Shown: positions 22,147 through 43,920 of the stretch, piece after piece
Layout of the letters: each line of letters begins with the position of its first letter
Numbering within the stretch: position 1 is the stretch's first letter
Source of the DNA: the human T2T-CHM13v2.0 reference genome, Homo sapiens
Direction: 5' to 3' (one strand)
DNA: 64,000 nt
Assembly: GCF_009914755.1 (NCBI RefSeq)
Contig: NC_060948.1
Position numbers and translations under genes: made by a program
Notes under the pieces: generated by a model
The model's database searches: none
Told to the model about the DNA's origin: nothing
What the model saw: the letters and a program-made list of their open reading frames with translations, nothing else

Positions 22147-24250
22147 AGATCCATATTTTTTAAATGAAAAAAAATTTCAAAGGTACTCTGCTAGGTACAA
22201 TAATCAAATGTATAAACTGAGGAAGAAAACATAACCATGAAACCTACTTATAACTGCATATGGAAAATACAGAGGATAATTTTTTAAATAACATATTTTG
22301 AAAGCCTTAACTAGTAATTTGAAGAGTTGGCATTTGAAAGGCCAGTATGAATATACCTTCAAAGCAGCAACACAGGTTCCCCATGAGAAAAAGCAAACTC
22401 AGGGAAAATAAAACCACAAAGGTTCAATCTCTTCTGACCTTTGAAAGACACAGCACAGACAGTGGTCCTTAGGACGAAGAGCAGGAGACCCCTAATTCCG
22501 TCACCATGGCGATAGGGCATAAACACTGCTGGGTGAGGGCACAATCCACATTGTGAGGTCCAACTGCTGCCAGGAAGACAGGAGTGCTTTTACATAGACC
22601 GAAAGGTCATTGAAGGCTCAGAGTTTTGTTTCAAGAACTGAATCCCAAGCCCACACGTTATTAGGCTGCGCTTCTTAAAACAAGTTATGAGATGGGAAAA
22701 AGGGCACCCACAGACATACGTATACATTATGTATATAATAATATACAGTATCATATATATAATATATATAACCTATGTATAATATTGTTTTACATCCTGC
22801 ATCTTATACTATATATATTGTATAAAGTATAATAATTGATAATATATAAATTTTATATTTATACAATATGACATATAGTATATATTATAATTTATGACAT
22901 ATATAATATATGTTATATATCATATATAGAATATATTATACGGTTAATATACGTATTAAATATAAATTATACATTATATATATTATATATAATATATCTG
23001 TTACATATAATACCCATTATGCATAATATATATATTATGTCTATGTTATATATAGTATAAAACAACATATAATAATATATAATTGTATATATAAAATGCG
23101 ACATATAATATATATTATATTTTATGACATATGTAATATATATTATATATTATATATAATACGTTGTATGTATAATACCTAAAATAAATATATATTATAT
23201 GACTATGTTATTAATTACATGTCACATGTGTTATATATTATATATTTTACATAGAATATACCGGTTACATACAATATATACTATGTTACCTATAATGTAT
23301 AATTTATTACATGTAAAATAAAGAATGCAATATATTATGTATAATTTATAATATACAATATGTGGAATGTGATATATATAACATATAATATATGATATAT
23401 GATATACAGTATATGATATATAACATACAATATATGATACCTAATATATATGGTATACAATATATATTTTATGATATGTATTCTATATGTTTTATATTCT
23501 GTTATATATAACTATTTGAAATTATATATAACTGTATAATATTTTATATAAATATGTAATATAATATATATAACTATATAATATATTATATATAACTACA
23601 TATTATGTTATATATACTTTTATAACATAATTTACATAAAATATCATAATATAATATATATTATATTATTTCATATTACATAATATATATTACATATCAC
23701 CCAATATAAGTAACATACATAATATTATAATATAGATTATATTATGTTATATTAAATATCATATATATCATGTATCATATAATCTATAATATATATTATA
23801 CATTATATAATACGTATGTTGTCTATTATGTGATATATATAACTATATATATAATTATATTATTATACATATAACTAGATAAACATGTAATTCTACATAT
23901 TTTCATTTATAATGTATAGAATTATATAATCATATAAATTATTTATGTTCTATAAAAAATTATATCATTATATAAATTATAATATATAAAAATTATAATA
24001 TGTACTACAAATATATATATTATATATCATATATGATGTAGTACCTTTGTTATATATCATAATACATATAAATGTGTATTATGTTATCTATAATTATATA
24101 ATTTCATATATAAGATGTATAATATTTATTATATATTATATATGTTATGTAATATATATAGTATATATAAGATGACACAGGATAAATATTATATACTATG
24201 ACATATAAAATATATGAGGTTATATGTTACATATAAGGCATAGCACATAA

Positions 24251-24565
<315 letters not shown>

Positions 24566-26670
24566 AGATCCATATTTTTTAAATGAAAAAAAATTTCAAA
24601 GGTACTCTGCTTGGTACAATAATCAAATGTATAAACTGAGGAATAAAACATAACCATGAAACCTACTTATAACTGCATATGGAAAATACAGAGGATAATT
24701 TTTTAAATAACATATTTTGAAAGCCTTAACTAGTAATTTGAAGAGTTGGCATTTGAAAGGCCAGTATGAATATACCTTCAAAGCAGCAACACAGGTTCCC
24801 CATGAGAAAAAGCAAACTCAGGGAAAATAAAACCACAAAGGTTCAATCTCTTCTGACCTTTGAAAGACACAGCACAGACAGTGGTCCTTAGGACGAAGAG
24901 CAGGAGACCCCTAATTCCGTCACCATGGCGATAGGGCATAAACACTGCTGGGTGAGGGCACAATCCACATTGTGAGGTCCAGCTGCTGCCAGGAAGACAG
25001 GAGTGCTTTTACATAGACCGAAAGGTCATTGAAGGCTCAGAGTTTTGTTTCAAGAACTGAATCCCAAGCCCACACGTTATTAGGCTGCGCTTCTTAAAAC
25101 AAGTTATGAGATGGGAAAAAGGGCACCCACAAACATACGTATACATTATGTATATAATAATATACAGTATCATATATATAATATATATAACCTATGTATA
25201 ATATTGTTTTACATGCTGCATCTTATGTTATGTATATTGTATAAAATATAATAATTGATAATATATAAGTTTTATATTTATACAATATGACATATAGTAT
25301 ATATTATAATTTATGACATATATAATATATGTTATATATCATATATAGAATATATTATACGGTTAATATACGTATTAAATATAAATTATACATTATATAT
25401 ATTATATATAATATATCTGTTATATATAATACCCATTATGCATAATATATATATTATGTCTATGTTATATATAGTATAAAACAACATATAATAATATATA
25501 ATTGTATATATAAAATGAGACATATAATATATATTATATTTTATGACATATGTAATATATATTATATATTATATATAATACGTTGTATGTATAATACCTA
25601 TAATAAATATATATTATATGACTATGTTATTAATTACATGTCACATGTGTTATATATTATATATTTTACATAGAATATACCGGTTACATACAATATATAC
25701 TATGTTACCTATAATGTATAATTTATTACATGTAAAACAAAGAATGCAGTATATTATGTATAATTTATAATATACAATATGTGGAATGTGATATATATAA
25801 CATATAATATATGATATATGATATACAGTATATGATATATACCATACAATATACGATACCTAATATATATGGTATACAATATATATTTTATGATATGTAT
25901 TCTATATGTTTTATATTCTGTTATATATAACTATTTGAAATTATATATAACTGTATAATATTTTATGTAAATATGTAATATAATATATATAACTATATAA
26001 TATATTATATATAACTATATATTATGTTATATATACTTTTATAACATAATTTACATAAAATATCATAATATAATATATATTATATTATTTCATATTACAT
26101 AATATATATTACATATCACCAAATATAAGTAACATACATAATATTATAATATAGATTATATTATGTTATATTAAATATCATATATATCATGTATCATATA
26201 TTCTATAATATATATTATACATTATATAATATGTATGTTGTCTATTATGTGATATATATAACTATATATATAATTATATTATTATACATATAACTAGATA
26301 AACATGTAATTCTACATATTTTCATTTATAATATATAGAATTATATAATCATATATAATTATTTATATTCTATAAAAAATTATATCATTATATAAATTAT
26401 AATATATAAAAATTATAATATGTACTACAAATATATATATTATATATCATATATGATATAGTACCTTTGTTATATATCATAATACATATAAATGTGTATT
26501 ATGTTATCTATAATTATATAATTTCATATATAAGATGTATAATATTTATTATATATTATATATGTTATGTAATATATATAGTATATATAAGATGACACAG
26601 GATAAATATTATATACTATGACATATAAAATATATGAGGTTATATGTTACATATAAGGCATAGCACATAA

Positions 26671-26985
<315 letters not shown>

Positions 26986-29089
26986 AGATCCATATTTTTT
27001 AAATGAAAAAAAATTTCAAAGGTACTCTGCTAGGTACAATAATCAAATGTATAAACTGAGGAAGAAAACATAACCATGAAGCCTACTTATAACTGCATAT
27101 GGAAAATACAGAGGATAATTTTTTAAATAACATATTTTGAAAGCCTTAACTAGTAATTTGAAGAGTTGGCATTTGAAAGGCCAGTATGAATATACCTTCA
27201 AAGCAGCAACACAGGTTCCCCATGAGAAAAAGCAAACTCAGGGAAAATAAAACCACAAAGGTTCAATCTCTTCTGACCTTTGAAAGACACAGCACAGACA
27301 GTGGTCCTTAGGACGAAGAGCAGGAGACCCCTAATTCCGTCACCATGGCGATAGGGCATAAACACTGCTGGGTGAGGGCACAATCCACATTGTGAGGTCC
27401 AACTGCTGCCAGGAAGACAGGAGTGCTTTTACATAGACCGAAAGGTCATTGAAGGCTCAGAGTTTTGTTTCAAGAACTGAATCCCAAGCCCACACGTTAT
27501 TAGGCTGCGCTTCTTAAAACAAGTTATGAGATGGGAAAAAGGGCACCCACAGACATACGTATACATTATGTATATAATAATATACAGTATCATATATATA
27601 ATATATATAACCTATGTATAATATTGTTTTACATCCTGCATCTTATACTATATATATTGTATAAAGTATAATAATTGATAATATATAAATTTTATATTTA
27701 TACAATATGACATATAGTATATATTATAATTTATGACATATATAATATATGTTATATATCATATATAGAATATATTATACGGTTAATATACGTATTAAAT
27801 ATAAATTATACATTATATATATTATATATAATATATCTGTTACATATAATACCCATTATGCATAATATATATATTATGTCTATGTTATATATAGTATAAA
27901 ACAACATATAATAATATATAATTGTATATATAAAATGCGACATATAATATATATTATATTTTATGACATATGTAATATATATTATATATTATATATAATA
28001 CGTTGTATGTATAATACCTAAAATAAATATATATTATATGACTATGTTATTAATTACATGTCACATGTGTTATATATTATATATTTTACATAGAATATAC
28101 CGGTTACATACAATATATACTATGTTACCTATAATGTATAATTTATTACATGTAAAATAAAGAATGCAATATATTATGTATAATTTATAATATACAATAT
28201 GTGGAATGTGATATATATAACATATAATATATGATATATGATATACAGTATATGGTATATAACATACAATATATGATACCTAATATATATGGTATACAAT
28301 ATATATTTTATGATATGTATTCTATATGTTTTATATTCTGTTATATATAACTATTTGAAATTATATATAACTGTATAATATTTTATATAAATATGTAATA
28401 TAATATATATAACTATATAATATATTATATATAACTACATATTATGTTATATATACTTTTATAACATAATTTACATAAAATATCATAATATAATATATAT
28501 TATATTATTTCATATTACATAATATATATTACATATCACCCAATATAAGTAACATACATAATATTATAATATAGATTATATTATGTTATATTAAATATCA
28601 TATATATCATGTATCATATAATCTATAATATATATTATACATTATATAATACGTATGTTGTCTATTATGTGATATATATAACTATATATATAATTATATT
28701 ATTATACATATAACTAGATAAACATGTAATTCTACATATTTTCATTTATAATGTATAGAATTATATAATCATATAAATTATTTATGTTCTATAAAAAATT
28801 ATATCATTATATAAATTATAATATATAAAAATTATAATATGTAATACAAATATATATATTATATATCATATATGATGTAGTACCTTTGTTATATATCATA
28901 ATACATATAAATGTGTATTATGTTATCTATAATTATATAATTTCATATATAAGATGTATAATATTTATTATATATTATATATGTTATGTAATATATATAG
29001 TATATATAAGATGACACAGGATAAATATTATATACTATGACATATAAAATATATGAGGTTATATGTTACATATAAGGCATAGCACATAA

Positions 29090-29404
<315 letters not shown>

Positions 29405-31508
29405 AGATCCATATTTTTTAAATGAAAAAAAATTTCAAAGGTACTCTGCTTGGTACAATAATCAAATGTATAAACTGAGGAATAAAACATAACCATGAAA
29501 CCTACTTATAACTGCATATGGAAAATACAGAGGATAATTTTTTAAATAACATATTTTGAAAGCCTTAACTAGTAATTTGAAGAGTTGGCATTTGAAAGGC
29601 CAGTATGAATATACCTTCAAAGCAGCAACACAGGTTCCCCATGAGAAAAAGCAAACTCAGGGAAAATAAAACCACAAAGGTTCAATCTCTTCTGACCTTT
29701 GAAAGACACAGCACAGACAGTGGTCCTTAGGACGAAGAGCAGGAGACCCCTAATTCCGTCACCATGGCGATAGGGCATAAACACTGCTGGGTGAGGGCAC
29801 AATCCACATTGTGAGGTCCAGCTGCTGCCAGGAAGACAGGAGTGCTTTTACATAGACCGAAAGGTCATTGAAGGCTCAGAGTTTTGTTTCAAGAACTGAA
29901 TCCCAAGCCCACACGTTATTAGGCTGCGCTTCTTAAAACAAGTTATGAGATGGGAAAAAGGGCACCCACAAACATACGTATACATTATGTATATAATAAT
30001 ATACAGTATCATATATATAATATATATAACCTATGTATAATATTGTTTTACATCCTGCATCTTATATTATATATATTGTATAAAATATAATAATTGATAA
30101 TATATAAGTTTTATATTTATACAATATGACATATAGTATAAATTATAATTTATGACATATAATATATATGTTATATATCATATATAGAATATATTATACG
30201 GTTAATATACGTATTAAATATAAATTATACATTATATATATTATATATAATATATCTGCTATATATAATACGCATTATGCATATTATATATATTATGTCT
30301 ATGTTATATATAGTATAAAACAACATATAATAATATATAATTGTATATATAAAATGCGACATATAATATATATTATATTTTATCACATATGTAATATATA
30401 TTATATATTATATATAATACGTTGTATGTATAATACCTAAAATAAATATATATTATATGACTATGTTATTAATTACATGTCAGATGTGTTATATATTCTA
30501 TATTTTACATAGAATATACCGGTTACATACAATATATACTATGTTACCTATAATGTATAATTTATTACATGTAAAATAAAGAATGCAATATATTATGTAT
30601 AATTTATAATATACAATATGTGGAATGTGATATATATAACATATAATATATGATATATGATATACAGTATATGATATATAACATACAATATATGATACCT
30701 AATATATATGGTATACAATATATATTTTATGATATGTATTCTATATGTTTTATATTCTGTTATATATAACTATTTGAAATTATATATAACTGTATAATAT
30801 TTTATGTAAATATGTAATATAATATATATAAATATATAATATATTATATATAACTACATATTATGTTATATATACTTTTATAACATAATTTACATAAAAT
30901 ATCATAATATAATATATATTATATTATTTCATATTACATAATATATATTACATATCACCCAATATAAGTAACATACATAATATTATAATATAGATTATAT
31001 TATGTTATATTAAATATCATATATATCATGTATCATATAATCTATAATATATATTATACATTATATAATATGTATGTTGTCTATTATGTGATATATATAA
31101 CTATATATATAATTATATTATTATACATATAACTAGATAAACATGTAATTCTACATATTTTCATTTATAATGTATAGAATTATATAATCATATAAATTAT
31201 TTATATTCTATAAAAAATTATATCATTATATAAATTATAATATATAAAAATTATAATATGTACTACAAATATATATATTATATATCATATATGATATAGT
31301 ACCTTTGTTATATATCATAATACATATAAATGTGTATTATGTTATCTATAATTATATAATTTCATATATAAGATGTATAATATTTATTATATATTATATA
31401 TGTTATGTAATATATATAGTATATATAAGATGATACAGGATAAATATTATATACTATGACATATAAAATATATGAGGTTATATGTTACATATAAGGCATA
31501 GCACATAA

Positions 31509-31823
<315 letters not shown>

Positions 31824-33928
31824 AGATCCATATTTTTTAAATGAAAAAAAATTTCAAAGGTACTCTGCTTGGTACAATAATCAAATGTATAAACTGAGGA
31901 ATAAAACATAACCATGAAACCTACTTATAACTGCATATGGAAAATACAGAGGATAATTTTTTAAATAACATATTTTGAAAGCCTTAACTAGTAATTTGAA
32001 GAGTTGGCATTTGAAAGGCCAGTATGAATATACCTTCAAAGCAGCAACACAGGTTCCCCATGAGAACAAGCAAACTCAGGGAAAATAAAACCACAAAGGT
32101 TCAATCTCTTCTGACCTTTGAAAGACACAGCACAGACAGTGGTCCTTAGGACGAAGAGCAGGAGACCCCTAATTCCGTCACCATGGCGATAGGGCATAAA
32201 TATTGCTGGGTGAGGGCACAATCCACCTTGTGAGGTCCAACTGCTGCCAGGAAGACAGGAGTGCTTTTACATAGACCGAAAGGTCATTGAAGGCTCAGAG
32301 TTTTGTTTCAAGAACTGAATCCCAAGCCCACACGTTATTAGGCTGCGCTTCTTAAAACAAGTTATGAGATGGGAAAAAGGGCACCCACAAACATACGTAT
32401 ACATTATGTATATAATAATATACAGTATCATATATATAATATATATAACCTATGTATAATATTGTTTTACATGCTGCATCTTATGTTATGTATATTGTAT
32501 AAAATATAATAATTGATAATATATAAGTTTTATATTTATACAATATGACATATAGTATATATTATAATTTATGACATATATAATATATGTTATATATCAT
32601 ATATAGAATATATTATACGGTTAATATACGTATTAAATATAAATTATACATTATATATATTATATATAATATATCTGTTATATATAATACCCATTATGCA
32701 TAATATATATATTATGTCTATGTTATATATAGTATAAAACAACATATAATAATATATAATTGTATATATAAAATGAGACATATAATATATATTATATTTT
32801 ATGACATATGTAATATATATTATATATTATATATAATACGTTGTATGTATAATACCTATAATAAATATATATTATATGACTATGTTATTAATTACATGTC
32901 ACATGTGTTATATATTATATATTTTACATAGAATATACCGGTTACATACAATATATACTATGTTACCTATAATGTATAATTTATTACATGTAAAACAAAG
33001 AATGCAGTATATTATGTATAATTTATAATATACAATATGTGGAATGTGATATATATAACATATAATATATGATATATGATATACAGTATATGATATATAC
33101 CATACAATATACGATACCTAATATATATGGTATACAATATATATTTTATGATATGTATTCTATATGTTTTATATTCTGTTATATATAACTATTTGAAATT
33201 ATATATAACTGTATAATATTTTATGTAAATATGTAATATAATATATATAACTATATAATATATTATATATAACTATATATTATGTTATATATACTTTTAT
33301 AACATAATTTACATAAAATATCATAATATAATATATATTATATTATTTCATATTACATAATATATATTACATATCACCAAATATAAGTAACATACATAAT
33401 ATTATAATATAGATTATATTATGTTATATTAAATATCATATATATCATGTATCATATATTCTATAATATATATTATACATTATATAATATGTATGTTGTC
33501 TATTATGTGATATATATAACTATATATATAATTATATTATTATACATATAACTAGATAAACATGTAATTCTACATATTTTCATTTATAATATATAGAATT
33601 ATATAATCATATATAATTATTTATATTCTATAAAAAATTATATCATTATATAAATTATAATATATAAAAATTATAATATGTACTACAAATATATATATTA
33701 TATATCATATATGATATAGTACCTTTGTTATATATCATAATACATATAAATGTGTATTATGTTATCTATAATTATATAATTTCATATATAAGATGTATAA
33801 TATTTATTATATATTATATATGTTATGTAATATATATAGTATATATAAGATGACACAGGATAAATATTATATACTATGACATATAAAATATATGAGGTTA
33901 TATGTTACATATAAGGCATAGCACATAA

Positions 33929-34243
<315 letters not shown>

Positions 34244-36347
34244 AGATCCATATTTTTTAAATGAAAAAAAATTTCAAAGGTACTCTGCTAGGTACAATAA
34301 TCAAATGTATAAACTGAGGAAGAAAACATAACCATGAAACCTACTTATAACTGCATATGGAAAATACAGAGGATAATTTTTTAAATAACATATTTTGAAA
34401 GCCTTAACTAGTAATTTGAAGAGTTGGCATTTGAAAGGCCAGTATGAATATACCTTCAAAGCAGCAACACAGGTTCCCCATGAGAAAAAGCAAACTCAGG
34501 GAAAATAAAACCACAAAGGTTCAATCTCTTCTGACCTTTGAAAGACACAGCACAGACAGTGGTCCTTAGGACGAAGAGCAGGAGACCCCTAATTCCGTCA
34601 CCATGGCGATAGGGCATAAACACTGCTGGGTGAGGGCACAATCCACATTGTGAGGTCCAACTGCTGCCAGGAAGACAGGAGTGCTTTTACATAGACCGAA
34701 AGGTCATTGAAGGCTCAGAGTTTTGTTTCAAGAACTGAATCCCAAGCCCACACGTTATTAGGCTGCGCTTCTTAAAACAAGTTATGAGATGGGAAAAAGG
34801 GCACCCACAGACATACGTATACATTATGTATATAATAATATACAGTATCATATATATAATATATATAACCTATGTATAATATTGTTTTACATCCTGCATC
34901 TTATACTATATATATTGTATAAAGTATAATAATTGATAATATATAAATTTTATATTTATACAATATGACATATAGTATATATTATAATTTATGACATATA
35001 TAATATATGTTATATATCATATATAGAATATATTATACGGTTAATATACGTATTAAATATAAATTATACATTATATATATTATATATAATATATCTGTTA
35101 CATATAATACCCATTATGCATAATATATATATTATGTCTATGTTATATATAGTATAAAACAACATATAATAATATATAATTGTATATATAAAATGCGACA
35201 TATAATATATATTATATTTTATGACATATGTAATATATATTATATATTATATATAATACGTTGTATGTATAATACCTAAAATAAATATATATTATATGAC
35301 TATGTTATTAATTACATGTCACATGTGTTATATATTATATATTTTACATAGAATATACCGGTTACATACAATATATACTATGTTACCTATAATGTATAAT
35401 TTATTACATGTAAAATAAAGAATGCAATATATTATGTATAATTTATAATATACAATATGTGGAATGTGATATATATAACATATAATATATGATATATGAT
35501 ATACAGTATATGATATATAACATACAATATATGATACCTAATATATATGGTATACAATATATATTTTATGATATGTATTCTATATGTTTTATATTCTGTT
35601 ATATATAACTATTTGAAATTATATATAACTGTATAATATTTTATATAAATATGTAATATAATATATATAACTATATAATATATTATATATAACTACATAT
35701 TATGTTATATATACTTTTATAACATAATTTACATAAAATATCATAATATAATATATATTATATTATTTCATATTACATAATATATATTACATATCACCCA
35801 ATATAAGTAACATACATAATATTATAATATAGATTATATTATGTTATATTAAATATCATATATATCATGTATCATATAATCTATAATATATATTATACAT
35901 TATATAATACGTATGTTGTCTATTATGTGATATATATAACTATATATATAATTATATTATTATACATATAACTAGATAAACATGTAATTCTACATATTTT
36001 CATTTATAATGTATAGAATTATATAATCATATAAATTATTTATGTTCTATAAAAAATTATATCATTATATAAATTATAATATATAAAAATTATAATATGT
36101 ACTACAAATATATATATTATATATCATATATGATGTAGTACCTTTGTTATATATCATAATACATATAAATGTGTATTATGTTATCTATAATTATATAATT
36201 TCATATATAAGATGTATAATATTTATTATATATTATATATGTTATGTAATATATATAGTATATATAAGATGACACAGGATAAATATTATATACTATGACA
36301 TATAAAATATATGAGGTTATATGTTACATATAAGGCATAGCACATAA

Positions 36348-36662
<315 letters not shown>

Positions 36663-38767
36663 AGATCCATATTTTTTAAATGAAAAAAAATTTCAAAGGT
36701 ACTCTGCTTGGTACAATAATCAAATGTATAAACTGAGGAATAAAACATAACCATGAAACCTACTTATAACTGCATATGGAAAATACAGAGGATAATTTTT
36801 TAAATAACATATTTTGAAAGCCTTAACTAGTAATTTGAAGAGTTGGCATTTGAAAGGCCAGTATGAATATACCTTCAAAGCAGCAACACAGGTTCCCCAT
36901 GAGAAAAAGCAAACTCAGGGAAAATAAAACCACAAAGGTTCAATCTCTTCTGACCTTTGAAAGACACAGCACAGACAGTGGTCCTTAGGACGAAGAGCAG
37001 GAGACCCCTAATTCCGTCACCATGGCGATAGGGCATAAACACTGCTGGGTGAGGGCACAATCCACATTGTGAGGTCCAGCTGCTGCCAGGAAGACAGGAG
37101 TGCTTTTACATAGACCGAAAGGTCATTGAAGGCTCAGAGTTTTGTTTCAAGAACTGAATCCCAAGCCCACACGTTATTAGGCTGCGCTTCTTAAAACAAG
37201 TTATGAGATGGGAAAAAGGGCACCCACAAACATACGTATACATTATGTATATAATAATATACAGTATCATATATATAATATATATAACCTATGTATAATA
37301 TTGTTTTACATGCTGCATCTTATGTTATGTATATTGTATAAAATATAATAATTGATAATATATAAGTTTTATATTTATACAATATGACATATAGTATATA
37401 TTATAATTTATGACATATATAATATATGTTATATATCATATATAGAATATATTATACGGTTAATATACGTATTAAATATAAATTATACATTATATATATT
37501 ATATATAATATATCTGTTATATATAATACCCATTATGCATAATATATATATTATGTCTATGTTATATATAGTATAAAACAACATATAATAATATATAATT
37601 GTATATATAAAATGAGACATATAATATATATTATATTTTATGACATATGTAATATATATTATATATTATATATAATACGTTGTATGTATAATACCTATAA
37701 TAAATATATATTATATGACTATGTTATTAATTACATGTCACATGTGTTATATATTATATATTTTACATAGAATATACCGGTTACATACAATATATACTAT
37801 GTTACCTATAATGTATAATTTATTACATGTAAAACAAAGAATGCAGTATATTATGTATAATTTATAATATACAATATGTGGAATGTGATATATATAACAT
37901 ATAATATATGATATATGATATACAGTATATGATATATACCATACAATATACGATACCTAATATATATGGTATACAATATATATTTTATGATATGTATTCT
38001 ATATGTTTTATATTCTGTTATATATAACTATTTGAAATTATATATAACTGTATAATATTTTATGTAAATATGTAATATAATATATATAACTATATAATAT
38101 ATTATATATAACTATATATTATGTTATATATACTTTTATAACATAATTTACATAAAATATCATAATATAATATATATTATATTATTTCATATTACATAAT
38201 ATATATTACATATCACCAAATATAAGTAACATACATAATATTATAATATAGATTATATTATGTTATATTAAATATCATATATATCATGTATCATATATTC
38301 TATAATATATATTATACATTATATAATATGTATGTTGTCTATTATGTGATATATATAACTATATATATAATTATATTATTATACATATAACTAGATAAAC
38401 ATGTAATTCTACATATTTTCATTTATAATATATAGAATTATATAATCATATATAATTATTTATATTCTATAAAAAATTATATCATTATATAAATTATAAT
38501 ATATAAAAATTATAATATGTACTACAAATATATATATTATATATCATATATGATATAGTACCTTTGTTATATATCATAATACATATAAATGTGTATTATG
38601 TTATCTATAATTATATAATTTCATATATAAGATGTATAATATTTATTATATATTATATATGTTATGTAATATATATAGTATATATAAGATGACACAGGAT
38701 AAATATTATATACTATGACATATAAAATATATGAGGTTATATGTTACATATAAGGCATAGCACATAA

Positions 38768-39082
<315 letters not shown>

Positions 39083-41186
39083 AGATCCATATTTTTTAAA
39101 TGAAAAAAAATTTCAAAGGTACTCTGCTAGGTACAATAATCAAATGTATAAACTGAGGAAGAAAACATAACCATGAAACCTACTTATAACTGCATATGGA
39201 AAATACAGAGGATAATTTTTTAAATAACATATTTTGAAAGCCTTAACTAGTAATTTGAAGAGTTGGCATTTGAAAGGCCAGTATGAATATACCTTCAAAG
39301 CAGCAACACAGGTTCCCCATGAGAAAAAGCAAACTCAGGGAAAATAAAACCACAAAGGTTCAATCTCTTCTGACCTTTGAAAGACACAGCACAGACAGTG
39401 GTCCTTAGGACGAAGAGCAGGAGACCCCTAATTCCGTCACCATGGCGATAGGGCATAAACACTGCTGGGTGAGGGCACAATCCACATTGTGAGGTCCAAC
39501 TGCTGCCAGGAAGACAGGAGTGCTTTTACATAGACCGAAAGGTCATTGAAGGCTCAGAGTTTTGTTTCAAGAACTGAATCCCAAGCCCACACGTTATTAG
39601 GCTGCGCTTCTTAAAACAAGTTATGAGATGGGAAAAAGGGCACCCACAGACATACGTATACATTATGTATATAATAATATACAGTATCATATATATAATA
39701 TATATAACCTATGTATAATATTGTTTTACATCCTGCATCTTATACTATATATATTGTATAAAGTATAATAATTGATAATATATAAATTTTATATTTATAC
39801 AATATGACATATAGTATATATTATAATTTATGACATATATAATATATGTTATATATCATATATAGAATATATTATACGGTTAATATACGTATTAAATATA
39901 AATTATACATTATATATATTATATATAATATATCTGTTACATATAATACCCATTATGCATAATATATATATTATGTCTATGTTATATATAGTATAAAACA
40001 ACATATAATAATATATAATTGTATATATAAAATGCGACATATAATATATATTATATTTTATGACATATGTAATATATATTATATATTATATATAATACGT
40101 TGTATGTATAATACCTAAAATAAATATATATTATATGACTATGTTATTAATTACATGTCACATGTGTTATATATTATATATTTTACATAGAATATACCGG
40201 TTACATACAATATATACTATGTTACCTATAATGTATAATTTATTACATGTAAAATAAAGAATGCAATATATTATGTATAATTTATAATATACAATATGTG
40301 GAATGTGATATATATAACATATAATATATGATATATGATATACAGTATATGGTATATAACATACAATATATGATACCTAATATATATGGTATACAATATA
40401 TATTTTATGATATGTATTCTATATGTTTTATATTCTGTTATATATAACTATTTGAAATTATATATAACTGTATAATATTTTATATAAATATGTAATATAA
40501 TATATATAACTATATAATATATTATATATAACTACATATTATGTTATATATACTTTTATAACATAATTTACATAAAATATCATAATATAATATATATTAT
40601 ATTATTTCATATTACATAATATATATTACATATCACCCAATATAAGTAACATACATAATATTATAATATAGATTATATTATGTTATATTAAATATCATAT
40701 ATATCATGTATCATATAATCTATAATATATATTATACATTATATAATACGTATGTTGTCTATTATGTGATATATATAACTATATATATAATTATATTATT
40801 ATACATATAACTAGATAAACATGTAATTCTACATATTTTCATTTATAATGTATAGAATTATATAATCATATAAATTATTTATGTTCTATAAAAAATTATA
40901 TCATTATATAAATTATAATATATAAAAATTATAATATGTACTACAAATATATATATTATATATCATATATGATGTAGTACCTTTGTTATATATCATAATA
41001 CATATAAATGTGTATTATGTTATCTATAATTATATAATTTCATATATAAGATGTATAATATTTATTATATATTATATATGTTATGTAATATATATAGTAT
41101 ATATAAGATGACACAGGATAAATATTATATACTATGACATATAAAATATATGAGGTTATATGTTACATATAAGGCATAGCACATAA

Positions 41187-41501
<315 letters not shown>

Positions 41502-43605
41502 AGATCCATATTTTTTAAATGAAAAAAAATTTCAAAGGTACTCTGCTTGGTACAATAATCAAATGTATAAACTGAGGAATAAAACATAACCATGAAACCT
41601 ACTTATAACTGCATATGGAAAATACAGAGGATAATTTTTTAAATAACATATTTTGAAAGCCTTAACTAGTAATTTGAAGAGTTGGCATTTGAAAGGCCAG
41701 TATGAATATACCTTCAAAGCAGCAACACAGGTTCCCCATGAGAAAAAGCAAACTCAGGGAAAATAAAACCACAAAGGTTCAATCTCTTCTGACCTTTGAA
41801 AGACACAGCACAGACAGTGGTCCTTAGGACGAAGAGCAGGAGACCCCTAATTCCGTCACCATGGCGATAGGGCATAAACACTGCTGGGTGAGGGCACAAT
41901 CCACATTGTGAGGTCCAGCTGCTGCCAGGAAGACAGGAGTGCTTTTACATAGACCGAAAGGTCATTGAAGGCTCAGAGTTTTGTTTCAAGAACTGAATCC
42001 CAAGCCCACACGTTATTAGGCTGCGCTTCTTAAAACAAGTTATGAGATGGGAAAAAGGGCACCCACAAACATACGTATACATTATGTATATAATAATATA
42101 CAGTATCATATATATAATATATATAACCTATGTATAATATTGTTTTACATCCTGCATCTTATATTATATATATTGTATAAAATATAATAATTGATAATAT
42201 ATAAGTTTTATATTTATACAATATGACATATAGTATAAATTATAATTTATGACATATAATATATATGTTATATATCATATATAGAATATATTATACGGTT
42301 AATATACGTATTAAATATAAATTATACATTATATATATTATATATAATATATCTGCTATATATAATACGCATTATGCATATTATATATATTATGTCTATG
42401 TTATATATAGTATAAAACAACATATAATAATATATAATTGTATATATAAAATGCGACATATAATATATATTATATTTTATCACATATGTAATATATATTA
42501 TATATTATATATAATACGTTGTATGTATAATACCTAAAATAAATATATATTATATGACTATGTTATTAATTACATGTCAGATGTGTTATATATTCTATAT
42601 TTTACATAGAATATACCGGTTACATACAATATATACTATGTTACCTATAATGTATAATTTATTACATGTAAAATAAAGAATGCAATATATTATGTATAAT
42701 TTATAATATACAATATGTGGAATGTGATATATATAACATATAATATATGATATATGATATACAGTATATGATATATAACATACAATATATGATACCTAAT
42801 ATATATGGTATACAATATATATTTTATGATATGTATTCTATATGTTTTATATTCTGTTATATATAACTATTTGAAATTATATATAACTGTATAATATTTT
42901 ATGTAAATATGTAATATAATATATATAAATATATAATATATTATATATAACTACATATTATGTTATATATACTTTTATAACATAATTTACATAAAATATC
43001 ATAATATAATATATATTATATTATTTCATATTACATAATATATATTACATATCACCCAATATAAGTAACATACATAATATTATAATATAGATTATATTAT
43101 GTTATATTAAATATCATATATATCATGTATCATATAATCTATAATATATATTATACATTATATAATATGTATGTTGTCTATTATGTGATATATATAACTA
43201 TATATATAATTATATTATTATACATATAACTAGATAAACATGTAATTCTACATATTTTCATTTATAATGTATAGAATTATATAATCATATAAATTATTTA
43301 TATTCTATAAAAAATTATATCATTATATAAATTATAATATATAAAAATTATAATATGTACTACAAATATATATATTATATATCATATATGATATAGTACC
43401 TTTGTTATATATCATAATACATATAAATGTGTATTATCTTATCTATAATTATATAATTTCATATATAAGATGTATAATATTTATTATATATTATATATGT
43501 TATGTAATATATATAGTATATATAAGATGATACAGGATAAATATTATATACTATGACATATAAAATATATGAGGTTATATGTTACATATAAGGCATAGCA
43601 CATAA

Positions 43606-43920
<315 letters not shown>
